A stretch of DNA of 64,000 nucleotides from Piromyces finnis finn (lineage: Eukaryota > Fungi > Neocallimastigomycota): the NCBI GenBank assembly GCA_002104945.1, contig MCFH01000007.1:434001-498000 (forward strand), given 5' to 3'. The translations under genes and the position numbers were made by a program. Positions 38,101 to 56,280 of the stretch are shown piece by piece; position 1 is the first letter of the stretch; every line of letters starts with the position of its first letter. A model generated the notes under the pieces. It was not told the DNA's origin. It saw only the letters and a list, made by a program, of their open reading frames with translations, and made no database searches.

Positions 38101-41100
38101 AGATTATTGATGTCTATATGAAATATACCGGCTTAGACTATTTAGCTGCAATTATGAAAGATATTATTCATACTATTGTGGAAAATGATCTATACATTGA
38201 AGTACGTATACTATATTAAATACAAAAATTAAGAAAAAAAAACAATACCAAATAGAGATGCTAATATAATTTAAATATATATATTTATTGAAAGGTTGAT
38301 CCATCAAAAGCCATAGATAATGATCAAAAAAAAATTAATGAAAGTCTATATAATCTTACGAAATATTTAGAAAATATTTTAATTTCAATTTTTCAAGCAG
38401 AACAGTCCATGCCAAAGTAATTTTTATTGATAATAACTATATATACTATTTAATTTCTGAAATATATTAAATTTTCTTTTTATATACTAATATATCAATT
38501 TTTTTTATTTTTATTTTAATATTCAATACATAAAATATGAAAAAATAATCAAACAATAATCATTATATTATAAACCAGGGATTGGAGAAAAATATTTAAT
38601 TTTATTCAAGAGAAAGTTATTAAAAAATTTCCAACAGAATATAATGTAAGATTTACTTCTATAGCTGGTTTTATTTTCTTAAGATTTTTTGCTCCTGCCA
38701 TATTAGGTCCAAAGCTTTTCGGTTTAATTAAATGTAATTATTTTTAAATAAATTATATTTTAAAAAATTATTATAAATATTAATGTAATCTATTTATAAT
38801 CTATATCAGCTTATGTTAGTGAAAAAAATTCTAGAACATTTACTTTATTAGCAAAAGTAATTCAAACATTAGCTAATCTTTCGGATTTCAATGAAAAAGA
38901 GTTATATATGTGTCCTTTAAATGATTATATCAATGCAAAAATCACAAGCATGAAAAAATATTTGTCTGCTATTTGTGTATGCCACATATAAACTTCTATT
39001 CTAATAAAAATATTAATAAATAGAATGAAATGAATTACACATTTATTTATATATACCATTATATATATATATATATAATATTTTAATAATAGGATGATAC
39101 TGTTGAATGTCAATATAGTACTGAATATTTAAATCCTTTATCAGATCAATTATCTGCGTATGAATGCTCAAAACTTTTAAGATATTTTACAAATGTCGAA
39201 TCTAAGCTTATTGAAAGTATTACATGCGTAAGTGATTTGATATTTAATATTTATTTAAAATTATGTTTCTTAATGCTATTTATTTATTATTATATTTTTT
39301 TTCACTTTAAATATAGGAAAATGTCTTATTACTTAAGAAATATATTGATGTTTCTACTACTTTGATGGAATATGTTAATAAATTGAAAAAGATGTAATTA
39401 TATATATATTTATATATGATTGGTAGTTTTATATTTTTATTAATAGTTTTATTATTATTGGGATTATTAGTGATGAAGATAATGAAGAAAAATTGAAAAA
39501 GAAAAAACTTTCAGAAGATTTTACTGTTAAATCTAGTATGACAACTATATCTTCAGAAAAAACTATTGTTGAAAATAGATCAACTCTTTATGGCATCAAT
39601 GACAAAAGTCAAAATGAAATCACAGAATATGGTTTTGATGATAGTAATGATTATTTAATTGAATTTTATAAAAACAATCCTTGTGATGGTAGTGAGAAAG
39701 TTACTAGAAAAGGTCAAATCAATAGAGATACTATTTATAAACCAGCTGAAGAGAATTCAGATTCAAAACAAGGCCTAAGTTCTGAATCTGATAATGGAGA
39801 AAGTATTAGAAAATGCCAAATTAATAGAGACACTATTTATAAGCCAGTCGAAGATAATTCAGATCCAAAACAAAATTTAAGTGCTGAATCTGATAATGAA
39901 GAAAGTAATGATGGAATAAAAAAATTAACTAAAACTACAATTAGTGCCTCGGCTGTAACATTAGCTCCACAATCTCAAAGAATAGAATTAGCTAATGAAG
40001 TTAGTAAATCAAATAATGCCTTACAAAATTCAGATAATAAAAAAGAAAGAGATCGTCAAAAGGTATTATCCATGCTTAAAAACATTCCACAAGTAGGTGG
40101 TCTTAATTCTAATAATTTATTAAATGTCCCTCATGGTACCCCAGCCAATAGTAAAGATAGTCATACTACACTTGTTCCTAATAATTCTTCTATTATATCA
40201 ACAAATACTATTACGAAGGACACATTTGATTCACAAAAATCAACAACCAAAAGTCCATTTGATAAAACACCAAGTTCACCATTTGATACATCAAGAAGGG
40301 TTTCTACAAGTCCATTTGATAAAACACCAAGTTCTCCATTTGATACATCAAGAAGAGTTTCTACAAGTCCATTTGATAAAACACCAAGTTCACCATTTGA
40401 TTCACAAAAATCAACAACCATAAGTCCATTTGATAAAACACCAAGTTCTCCATTTGATACATCAAGAAGAATTTCTATAAGTCCATTTGATAAAACACCA
40501 AGTTCACCATTTGATTCACAAAAATCAACAACCAAAAGTCCATTTGATAAAACACCAAGTTCTCCATTTGATACATCAAGAAGAGTTTCTACAAGTCCAT
40601 TTGACACTCCAAGGAAAACATCAACATTAACTCCATATGATATTCAAAGAAGAATTTCAAATAGTCCTAATTCCCCATATGATAATACTAAAAGAATATC
40701 TATTGTTGCTCCATCACCATTTGATAATCAAAGAAAACCATCAAATGCTAATTCACCAGTTTCACCATATGAGAATTCCAAAATAAGTAGTACTATATTA
40801 GAAACGAGTCAACAAAACTTACCTGAATCAAATACTTTGGATATACCCGATGAAGTAAAAAGAAAGTTATCAAAAGAAGAACTTACACCATCTACTTCTC
40901 TTCCTATCTCTACGTCAGATTGCAATGTATTTAATAAAGCACAGAATCGTATAAAAACTCTCAGTATTGCCCCGGTTACAAATCCATTAGATCAGGAAGA
41001 AGCAATTGATATTCCTGAATCAGAAATTCAAGATGAAATTAATTCCAAGATTGATAAGAATATTAAATACTGTTATATGTGTAGAATGCAAATTTTATCA

Positions 41101-42121
41101 GAATATATTACTTTTGATAATAAAAAAGTATATCATCAAGAATGTTTCAGATGCCAACGTTGTGATGAAATATTAACCAGTGACAATTGTTATAAAAAAG
41201 ACGAAAAAGTAAATATTTTATTAACATATTATAAAATAATTATAATATCAGTTATAGTTTAAAATACTCATTTTTTTTATTGAAAATAAAAATATCATAT
41301 AGTATTTCTGCAAAGGTTGCTATCTTTTCGAAGAAGGATATTGTTGTAATGAATGCGAAGAAATTATTGAAGGACAAGCAATTAATATTAAGGGAAAATT
41401 ATACCATCAAGATTGCTTTGTATGTTCTGCTTGTGGTGATAAACTTAATAAACAATATATGGCTATTGATGGAAGACCATATTGTAAAAAGGATTATCTT
41501 AAATATAAAGGATTTATGTGTGGTATATGTGGAGAATTTATTGAAAATGGTAATGTCCCTTTTCAGTATATTTATTTAAGAATTTTATTAAAATCTTTAT
41601 TTGTAATATATTATATTAAGTTTATAAATGAAAAATGTATATTTTTAATAATAAAATCTAAATTTTTTATTATAAAATTATTAGAATATATTACTATATT
41701 CGATAGAAAGTACCATATTAATTGTAAAAGATGTTCAGTAAGTTTTTGGATTTAAAAAATACATTGACAAAATTTATAAGTTTTTTTTTTTAATAATATA
41801 AAAATATTAAAAATTATATATCCTTATTTCTAATTTAATTAATAGTTATGTAATGAAACATTTAACAATAAATCATTCTTTTCACTTCCACAAGATCCAT
41901 ATGAAGTCTATTGTGATAAACATAGAGCAGAATTATGTACATGTTGTAAATGCCATTTACCGATTGAAGTTCAAATGATTAGAACTGTAAAGAACCCATC
42001 AAGTTACCATATACATTGCTTTAAATGTAGTAAATGTGAAAAATGTTTACAAGGTGTTAGCTATTTCGAAAAAGAAAAAGAAATATATTGTAAAAATTGT
42101 TATATTTCTATATTCATATAA
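35120..42121 (+). CDS. Ras GTPase-activating protein: C2-C2-C1-RasGAP, long S/T/P-rich linker, four C-terminal LIM domains
   Basis: Arg finger TLFRANS and FIFLRFFAPAILGP; C1 pattern HX12CX2CX12CX2CX4HX2CX7C; four CX2C...HX2C...CX2C LIM motifs. Exon phases join the GAP and LIM halves in frame (junctions near 39229/39317 and 39395/39471). Confidence 0.85.
39703..39906 (+). repeat. 102-bp (34-aa) in-frame tandem duplication in the RasGAP linker
   Basis: TRKGQINRDTIYKPAEENSDSKQGLSSESDNGES followed by IRKCQINRDTIYKPVEDNSDPKQNLSAESDNEES. Confidence 0.9.
40228..40605 (+). repeat. 57-bp (19-aa) coding minisatellite, 6 full units plus 1 partial
   Basis: Units start at 40228, 40285, 40342, 40399, 40456, 40513 and 40570; consensus D(SQKSTTK/TSRRVST)SPFDKTPSSPF. 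Confidence 0.95.
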
Positions 42122-43370
42122 CATTAATTTATTTTCTGTTTAATACTACTTTATTAAATAGTAGGTATAAAAATATTCTACATGTGTATGTAATAAGATT
42201 AAATTATTAATAAAACAAAATAATATATAAATATGTTGGCATTATTTATGAATAGATCAGTTTTTTAATTTTTTAATCTCAAAATTATTAACATATATTA
42301 TATCATCATCCTTCCCACATACATTATCAAAAAGATTTAAAAAAGAGGCTAAATTTATATTCATTTTTAATAAAAAAATTTAATATAAAAATTTACATTT
42401 AATATTCCTAATTTTAATCAAATTTAATTTATATTTAATTTAAAATTTAATATAAACTGTCAATAATTATTTTTTTAATAAATGGGAATTTTTATTAATA
42501 AAAAAAGTAACATTTTATAATTATTAAAGTTTATATTATTCTATTTCATATGATGAATCACAATTAAATATGGTTTCATTTTTACCCTCTTTTTACATCT
42601 ATTGTTGTAATACAAAAATAATAAATTACATTAATGTAAGTACCAAAACTGTAATTAATATAATTTATATTAAGTTAAAGGATAATAATAGATTCTGATA
42701 ATATTTATCATTTATATTTATTATTTATATTTATATATATATTTATATATATTCCTATAAGTGTTAATATATGATTAATTATAAGTTTCAGTTCATTTAA
42801 TACTAAAACATAAAGTTTAAAAAAAATATTAATATTTACAATAAATAATAATAAAAAAACTAATATTCCATTTATTATGAGTATATTCCATATATATGAC
42901 AAAGAATTTAAATTGTTGAATTTAATTTAGAGGTAAAAAAAAGTAAATAGATGAATAAATATAAAATTTATTAAATATATTATTATAATTAAATAAATAT
43001 CTAAAAAATAAATAAACTATTTAAAACATTTAAATAAGAAGCTAATTAATTAATTTTATGTAATGTAAAAAGGATATAATACTTTTTTTAATTTTTTAAA
43101 AAAAATTATCCCTAAACCTTTCTTTTTGTAAATAAAGAAAAAGACTCATTATTTAAATATAAATAAAACAAAAAAAATAATTAAAGATATAATTTTATTT
43201 TATTATTTTATTTCTATATACATATTACTTTGTTGCCATATAATTTAAAACAACAACAACAACAACAAAAATTACTATAATTTTTAGTATTTAAAGTAAA
43301 ATAAAAAGTAACAACAAAATTATAAAAATAATTAGTAGTTTTTTATTTTAAAAAATAATAAACATTCAAA

Positions 43371-47634
<4,264 letters not shown>

Positions 47635-48429
47635 AATGATTGATATATCTAGATATATCTGTTTTAAAATGACAAAACAAAGTAATAAATTATCATTATT
47701 ATTATTATCTACGACGACATACAAACATAAGTAACAATATAATAATAAATAATGTTTTATTCTTTATTTAATAAAAATTATTTTTTTCTCCATTATTAAT
47801 TAAAATAATAAGGATGATAAAAATAAGATTATATATAATATTTTAACAAATATTGTTTTTTTTTCTATTAAAGAAAAATTCAATAATTTGTTATTATTCA
47901 AGAAATAAAGAAATATATATATATATATATAATTCATTAAAAGATATCAAATACAAAACATATACTTTAACAATTTATCCATTATATTTATATATAATAA
48001 TAATTTACTTATATTTATATATTATAAACAATGTTAATCAATATCTAATATAATTTTATATAATTTCAACATTAAAAAAAAAAGAAAAGAATATTTCTCA
48101 AAAAAATTCATAAGATAGATTTTAATCTTTATATAATTAAAAGTTTAATAATAATCTTTTTTTTTTTTTTCCTTAAGAATATATATATATATAAAGAATG
48201 ACAAACAAAAAACAAAACAAAAATATAAATTCTAATTATATAATAGTAAATAGTAATAATTAAAACATAAGTAGTTATATAATTATAAAACAAATAATAA
48301 TAAAAAATAACAAATAAAATTGTGTATATATAATTTTTTATTAAAAAAAAAAAATAAAAGTTATTGAAGAAAATATTTAAAAAAATGTATCAAATATATC
48401 TTTGTATAATAACATTAAAAATTGTTTAA

Positions 48430-48470
<41 letters not shown>

Positions 48471-48737
48471 ATATTATTATTCAAATAATAGAAAATTTAT
48501 TTTTATAGTATTTTTTTAAAAATCGTTTCACTTTCGAATATATATAATTAAAAACTTTTATAAAAGAGTAATGTTATCTTCAGTAATAAATATAATTATT
48601 TTTTTTTCTAGATATTAATATAAAATATATTTGATAATCTAGTTTTTTCTTCTTTTGTAATTATTTTTTAATAATATAAATGCTAGTCGTCCGTAGTAAA
48701 TCAATCTTTCTTTTTTTTTTTTTTTTTTTTTTTTTTA

Positions 48738-48768
<31 letters not shown>

Positions 48769-50023
48769 TTATTTTTTTTTTACTTTCCTCTTTTATTTAT
48801 ATTATATTTAAAATATTTAACCAATTAATTTTTAATTAATATAGAAAATTGAAAACCATAAAACTGATTATTCTTTAAATAAATGGGTATTATACATGTA
48901 AAATATAATTGTTAAAACTTTATTTTAATCTTAATTATGATTTTAAGAAATGGATATTGACCAATAAACATATTTATAAAAAATTATCAAAGAGTATGTA
49001 ATTTTATTTAAAAGGATGGTTTGAAAAAAAGAAAAGAAAGGAAGAACTAGCGCTAATTTATGTAATAACTGATAATAATTTTAATTTTCTATCATATCCT
49101 TTATATAAAGGATAAGAAAAATGAAATTGATTTTTCAAATGTTAATTATTATTGAATAATTAGATTTATGTGAAGTATTTATATTTTTTTTTTAAAAGTA
49201 GTAATATCATTCATTAAAAGATAAACCAAGATTATTGATAAATCGGCTATTTGTAATTACTTTTTATTGAAATATTAAAATATGCAAATATAATATTATT
49301 ATAAATATATATATATATATAATTGCATGTTATTTAAATAATTTATATATAGAGTTTAGATTTTTATAGTTTTTAATAATGAATTTCTATAAAAAGATTG
49401 AATATTTTATAGTATTTTCATTAGCTTTAATTTTATAAAATAAAATTTAATAGAAAATTATAATATTTAAAAAGATTTAAAGATATATAATATTTATTTA
49501 TTATAATTAATACATAGTTTTGTAATCTTATTCTTTTAAAAGAAAATTATTTTAAAAAGAAAACTTTATATTATAAATAAATTAAATAAGTTATTATTTC
49601 ATTAGTAAATAATGAAATTAAAAAAAAGTCTCTCGATTATTTAATATTTATATATATATATTATTATAATTTTAAATATTTCAAGAATTTTATTTTTAAT
49701 TTTTCTATTATATATTATTATTATTATTTTTTTTTACTTTACTTTTTTGTAATTTAAAAATTATTATTTATGTAAATCATGAATAATATCTCACTATAGT
49801 TGATAAAGTTAAAAAAAAAAAAACAATAGATAATAATAAAGAGTAGGATTAATAAACGAGAAAGCAAAAATAACATAAATGTATAATATTTATTAATACT
49901 CATAATTACATAGAGAAAAAATTAATAGTCAAAATATTCGCTAAAAATATCTTTAAATTAATAAAAATATAATAGACTTTTGAAATATATATATAGTAAT
50001 AGTAATAAGTTATAAAGTTATAA

Positions 50024-53000
50024 ATGAGTAACGAGGAAGATATTGTTAATAATAAAACTGACATTACGAATATTGGAGATATTATTGATGACAATGATGC
50101 AGAAGCAGAATTTGAAGAATCTAAAGATAAAATTCAATTAACAATTAAGACAAAGGGGGTTGAATTTCAACTACCCAATACAGATAAAGGTATCAGTAAT
50201 ATGAAAGCGGAGCCGACCATTCATGATTTAAGTTTATATATAGATGATTCAAATTTATCTCTATCACCTACAATTGAGAATATGGAAAGTGAAGCTGTAT
50301 ATGAAGTTACATTTCCAATTCCAGAAGAAAAATTGGAAAAAAATTCTAATTATATAAGAACAACTAAATATACAATATGGACATTTTTACCTTTAAATTT
50401 ATGTAGTCAGGTATAAAATAATAATTAATATGTAAAAAAAAAATTATATTATAAAAATTTGAAATAATAATATGTTATTTAAAATTAATAAAAATAAATG
50501 CCAATTTTTTTATAAAAATATTACTCAAAAAAAAAAAAAAAAAAATGGAAATAAAAAGTTTCGAAGATTATATAATATATATTTTTTATGTGCAGCTATT
50601 TCGACATTAACAAAATACAGTGCACTTAATCCATTTACACAAATTTTCCCATTATTACTTGTACTCTCAGTTACTGCATTGAAAGATGGTTATGAAGATT
50701 ATGTAGGAATTTATATTATGTTTTTACCTTTATTATTATAATATTTATATATTAATATAATTTTTATTTTAACTATTTAATTAATAATACAATTATTGTA
50801 ATTATTAAATGAAAAATAAACAACCAAACAAAAAATAATAAAACAATAAAAGAAACGTTATCTTTCCGATAAGGAAACCAATAATATAAAATATTCTATA
50901 TTTAGAAATGGTTATGTAGATTTAATTCCTAGTAAAGATATTAACTGTGGTGATGTTGTATGTTTAAATCAAAGATCAGATTATTCATAAATAGATATAG
51001 ACATAAACGATAATCATATTAATATAAAATTAAAATTATTAATTCTGAATATGAATTAAAAATTTAATATTTTCAATATAAATAGGTTATTTTACAAAAA
51101 GGAGATAAAGTTCCAGCAGATTTATTATTAATTGGTTCTTCATCAGAAGAAGGAACTTGTTACATTGAAACATCAGATTTAGATGGGTAAGATAATAAAT
51201 TATTAAATATATCTTATATATATTTATTATAAATTAGTGAAAAAAAACTAAATAATAATATCCTTATAAATGTATATCTTAAATGAATATCTTAAAAAAA
51301 TAAATAATAAAAAAGTGAAACTAATTTAAAACGAAGAACAGCTCTTAAGCAATTCTCCGGTATTCGTAGTTTGGATGAATTATTAAGAGTTAAATGTGTT
51401 ATTCATTGTGAACAACCAAATGATAATTTAACTTCTTTTGATGGTAGCATATCAATTGAAATTTCAAAAAAGACAAATAAAGTAGATGAAAAAGATGGTA
51501 ATTCTTAAAAATTTTTGTTTTAAAATTTTCTATACAAAAAATTTATCATTAAAAAAATTATTTAAAGATTCATTCTTTTTTTAAATAACAATTAATAATT
51601 ACTCTTATATGATAAATATTCTTATTCATTCATATTATTCTAATGTATTAAAAATTTATTTTTTATTTATTATTTATTTTAGCTGTTCCTCCATTAATTG
51701 CTACTTTGGCTCCACCACAACCACAAACCGGCCTTCCAAGATCTGCATCATTTTTCAGAAGAAGAAAAGAAATTTCTAATTTAAAAAAGGGTGTACCATT
51801 TAATATGGAAAATATGCTTTTAAGAGGTTCTATTTTAAGAAATACAGATTGTATATACGGTATGGTTATTTATTCTGGTCAAAATACCAAGGTTTATCAA
51901 AATTTGAAAAAGACTGGAATGAAATTTAGTAAAATGGAAAAGAAATTAAATATTTTGATTTTATATATATTTGTTTTTAACATTATTATTTTGTCATTAA
52001 CTGTTATTATGGACTTTATTCAAACAAAGAATGATTGTGAAGCATTCCATATAGATAGTCCAACAACAAATATGACAGCTTATTATGAAAATGACTTACC
52101 AATTTCAGGTATATCACAACCAGCTTTAATTGATTCTCCACATGACCTATGGTATATTGCAACAAAACCATATCTAGAAAAGCCTGATACAAATTATCCA
52201 GCTATGGTAATTTCAAGTATTTTATCATATTTTGCTCTTTATACCTACGTAATTCCAATCAGTTTATTTGTCTCACTCGAAATTGTTCGTTTCTTACAAG
52301 CATTTGGAATGGAAAAAGATAAGAAAATGATGGGTAAGCAAGAAATTCAGCAAAATTTAGAAAATTCTGATGATAAATCTAAAGTTGTAAGACATCTTGA
52401 TAAAGATCCTAACTTGTTATCTTCAAGAGCTAGTATATATCGTAGTGTACATAAAAAAACGGAGAAAAAAGTTCAAATTAAAAATCTGAATATGATTGTT
52501 AATAATTCAAATTTGAATGAAGAATTAGGTACAGTTGAATATATTTTTAGTGATAAAACTGGTACTTTGACAAGAAATGATATGCAACTTTCTAAATGGT
52601 TTGTTGCCGGTAAAATTTTTGAAAGAATTCCAGCACAAAAATCCTTATTAGAAAGATTTGAAAATCCTGAATGTTCTCAAGATGAAAAAACAATGATTAG
52701 AGAATTTTGTAGAGCAGTTGCTATGTGTAATGAAACAATTCCTTCTTTCGAACCAAAAACATACGAAATTATTTATGAAAGTCAGTCTCCTGATGAATCA
52801 GCTTTGGTATATGGTATTAAAACTGAAGGAGTTAGTTTAATCGAAAGAAATAGAACAAGTGTATCTATTGGTATGTGGGGATCTGAGTCTGCTTCAAATA
52901 TAAGAAATCAAGTAGAAGAAACTTACAGAATTTTGAATGTTTTTGAATTTAATAGTGATAGAAAAAGAATGAGTGTTATATTAAGAAGACCAGATAATAG

Positions 53001-55484
53001 AATTGTTTTATATTGTAAAGGTGCTGATGATATTATGTTTGGTAGATTATCAGATGATTCACAAGTTAATGATCCAAACTTTATTAAAGGAACAAGGGAT
53101 GCTCTTAAGGTATTCAGTCAAGACGGTCTTAGAGTTCTTTTAGTTGCTACAAAGGAATTAACAGAAGAAGAATATGAAGAATTTAATAATGAATATATTA
53201 CTGCCAATCAAAATATAACTAACAGAGCTGTAGTTGTTGAAGAAGTTGTTAGTGGAATTGAAAGTAATTTAAAACTTTTAGGTGCTACTGCTATTGAAGA
53301 TCGTTTACAAGATAGAGTCCCTGAAACTATTGATTACATATTAAAGGTAAAAGAAATAACATTCACCTAATACAATTCATTTTAAAATCTATTACTAATT
53401 CACAAATATATATTTATATTTTATTATTTAGAGTGGAATTAGATTCTGGTTATTAACAGGTGATAAGCAAGAAACAGCAATTAATATTGGTACTTCCTCT
53501 AAATTGTTATCGGAAGATTTTAATATGATGATTTTAAATGCTACATCGGAAAGTGAATGTGATAGAAAATTAGATAATTTTATTAAAACATTTAAAGATA
53601 ACAATAGCTGGGGTATTGATCATACTCCAGAAGAAAGTATTAATAAAGGTATAAAGAAATATTTAAATAAATTAACCAAAAAAGGAAAGCAACAAGTTTT
53701 AGATGCTAAGGAAAAGCAACGTTTAGAAAAAATGTGGGAAAAGAATGCATTGATTGTCGATGGAGGTACTTTATCATTTATTTTTGGATCTACCACTGAA
53801 GCAGAAGAAGAAGCTCAAAATAAAAATCCTAAAAACAAGATTGCTCCAGCCAAATCAGAAAATAAAGATGAGGAAAAGAAAGAATGTAAAGATGATGAAG
53901 AAAATCATCCAAATAAGACAAGTACCTTTAAATATGATCAAAATGTAATGACAAGTATGCAAAGAAAGTTCCTTGAAATTGGTACCAGATGCCATTCAGT
54001 AATTTGTTGTCGTGTAACTCCAATTCAAAAAGCTAGAGTTGTCAAATTAGTAAAGATTCATTTAAAGAAAACAACTTTAGCTATTGGTGATGGTGCTAAT
54101 GATGTATCTATGATTAAGGCTGCTGATGTTGGTATTGGTATAATGGGAAAAGAAGGTGCTCAAGCTGTTAAAGCTAGTGATTATGCTTTTAAAGAATTTA
54201 AATTTTTGAAGAGACTTATTTTCATTCATGGCCATTACAATTATATACGTATAACTAAAATCTTATTATATAGTTTCTATAAAAATATTGTTTTAATTAT
54301 TCCTCAAATTCTTTGGGGTTTCTATACATATTGGAGTGGAACGGTGAGTTGATATATGTATAATTTTATATGATATTTTCATATAAAAATTTTATTGATA
54401 TAACAGTTTTTTTTTAATCATTTAGAAAAACTAATTTTTTATTTGTCATATTATATATTTTATTAATACCTATATTTTTGCAAAAATTAAAATAAATAAT
54501 ATTAATATTATTATAGATGGTATATGAAGAAATGTTTTTGACAGCATATAACGTTTTAATGACATCAATTCCAGGTCCTGTATTAGCATGTTTAGAAAGA
54601 GATTTACCAACTTCTGCAATTTACAGTAATCCACCACTTTATCTTGAAACATTAAAAGGAAAATATTGGAATAAAAAATTATTCTTACATTGGTTCTTAT
54701 TGGCCATCTATCAAGGATTTAGTAAGAATTTATATCATTTATTTATAATATATTAAAAATAAAGTAATTTTTTTTTAATGAGCATTTATCAATTTTTTTT
54801 TCCAATAGTGAGTTTCTATATGCCATTCTTTTCATTTAATGACTCTATTTTTAAAAGTGATGGAAAATCATTTGTTAATAATTATTGGGGACAATGCTAT
54901 ATAATTGAAACTATAGTTTTGTTAACAGTATTAATTAAAGCAATAATGGTTACTGAATGGTTAACTTTAATAACATTTATTGGTATTGGTGTAATGTTAT
55001 TGTTCCATATTCTTATTATGATTGGTGTTAATTTCATATATTATAGTAGTGAAGGTTCTATCTTTTTAATTTTCAAAGCACCCGAGATCATATTATTAAT
55101 ACTTTTCATGTTAGTTGTCAATATTTTACCAGATTTTACAATATTATAGTAAGTTTTTTTTTTTTTTTTTACTATTCCTATTATTAAAAATATTAATGTT
55201 TTAATTATATATATTAATATTATATATACTAAAAATATTTTATAATAATCAACAGCTATAACAAATACATAAAACCATCTGATACTCAAATAGTTTTAGA
55301 AAACTATAAATTAAAGAAGAAGGAACCATTGAATTATGAAGAAGATGAAAATAGTGATGATGATTCAAATTCTCTTGATACTGTTAGTAGTGCTAGTAGT
55401 TATCAAAGTTGTAGAGAAAGTGAAATGGCTGATGGAATACAGCCAAGAATAAGTATAAGTGTAGAAGTTCAAGCAAATCATTAA
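50024..55484 (+). CDS. P4-type ATPase (phospholipid flippase), paralog 1
   Basis: NYIRTTKY, ETSDLDGETNLK, PISL, DKTGTLT, SPDE, FNSDRKRMSV, WLLTGDK, GDGANDVSMI, FYKN; stop 55482-55484. Confidence 0.95.
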
Positions 55485-56280
55485 TTAGTGTAGCATAGCT
55501 TTAATATAAAAAGAATTTGTATTTTCTTTTTTTTTTTTTTTTTGCATTTTAATTATTTCTTTTTTTTCATAGACATAATTCAATCTTATCGTTTATACCA
55601 TTTTTATTTATAATATTACTATTAAATATAAAAAAATATAATTATTATAACCTTTATACATGATATTATTTTCTTAAAAAAATATAGAAAAAAAAAAAGA
55701 ATATGATGTATTTATAAATTACTTCTAAAATGCTATTTTTTTTTTTTTGTATTTTATATTTAATTATAAATTATTAATTAATAATTAGTATTTAATAAAT
55801 TAAGTCCGAATAAAATATAATATATTAAAAAAATGAAATTATTTTTATCTCCAAAAAAAAAAAAAAAAAAAACATTCCTGAAAAAATTAATTTTACTTTA
55901 TAATTTTATTATTAATATTTTTTTTTTTTGTTACAAGTATAAAATGAATTTTAATATAATAAAAAAATATTAAAAATTAATTTATTGTAAATATAAACAG
56001 CTTATTTATATTAAATGTTTTTTAAAGTTTTCTTTCTTTTTTTTTTTTTTTTTTAAATAATAGAACTTAATATTTTTGAGAATTAATAACACCTATTATC
56101 TATTATAATTTATTTAAAATATATATATATATATTTTAAATAATTAAATTAATTATTAGTATTAATATTATAAAAGTTATAAAAGAATGACAATATACAT
56201 AATATAATAGTTCCTAATAAGTCATACATAACTTGAAATTTATTTATATTTTTATACTATAAATATTGTTATAATAAATA

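Noticed and set aside
43221-43235. GTTGCCAT half X-box upstream of PLC
   Set aside because: The second half-site (RGYAAC) is missing.
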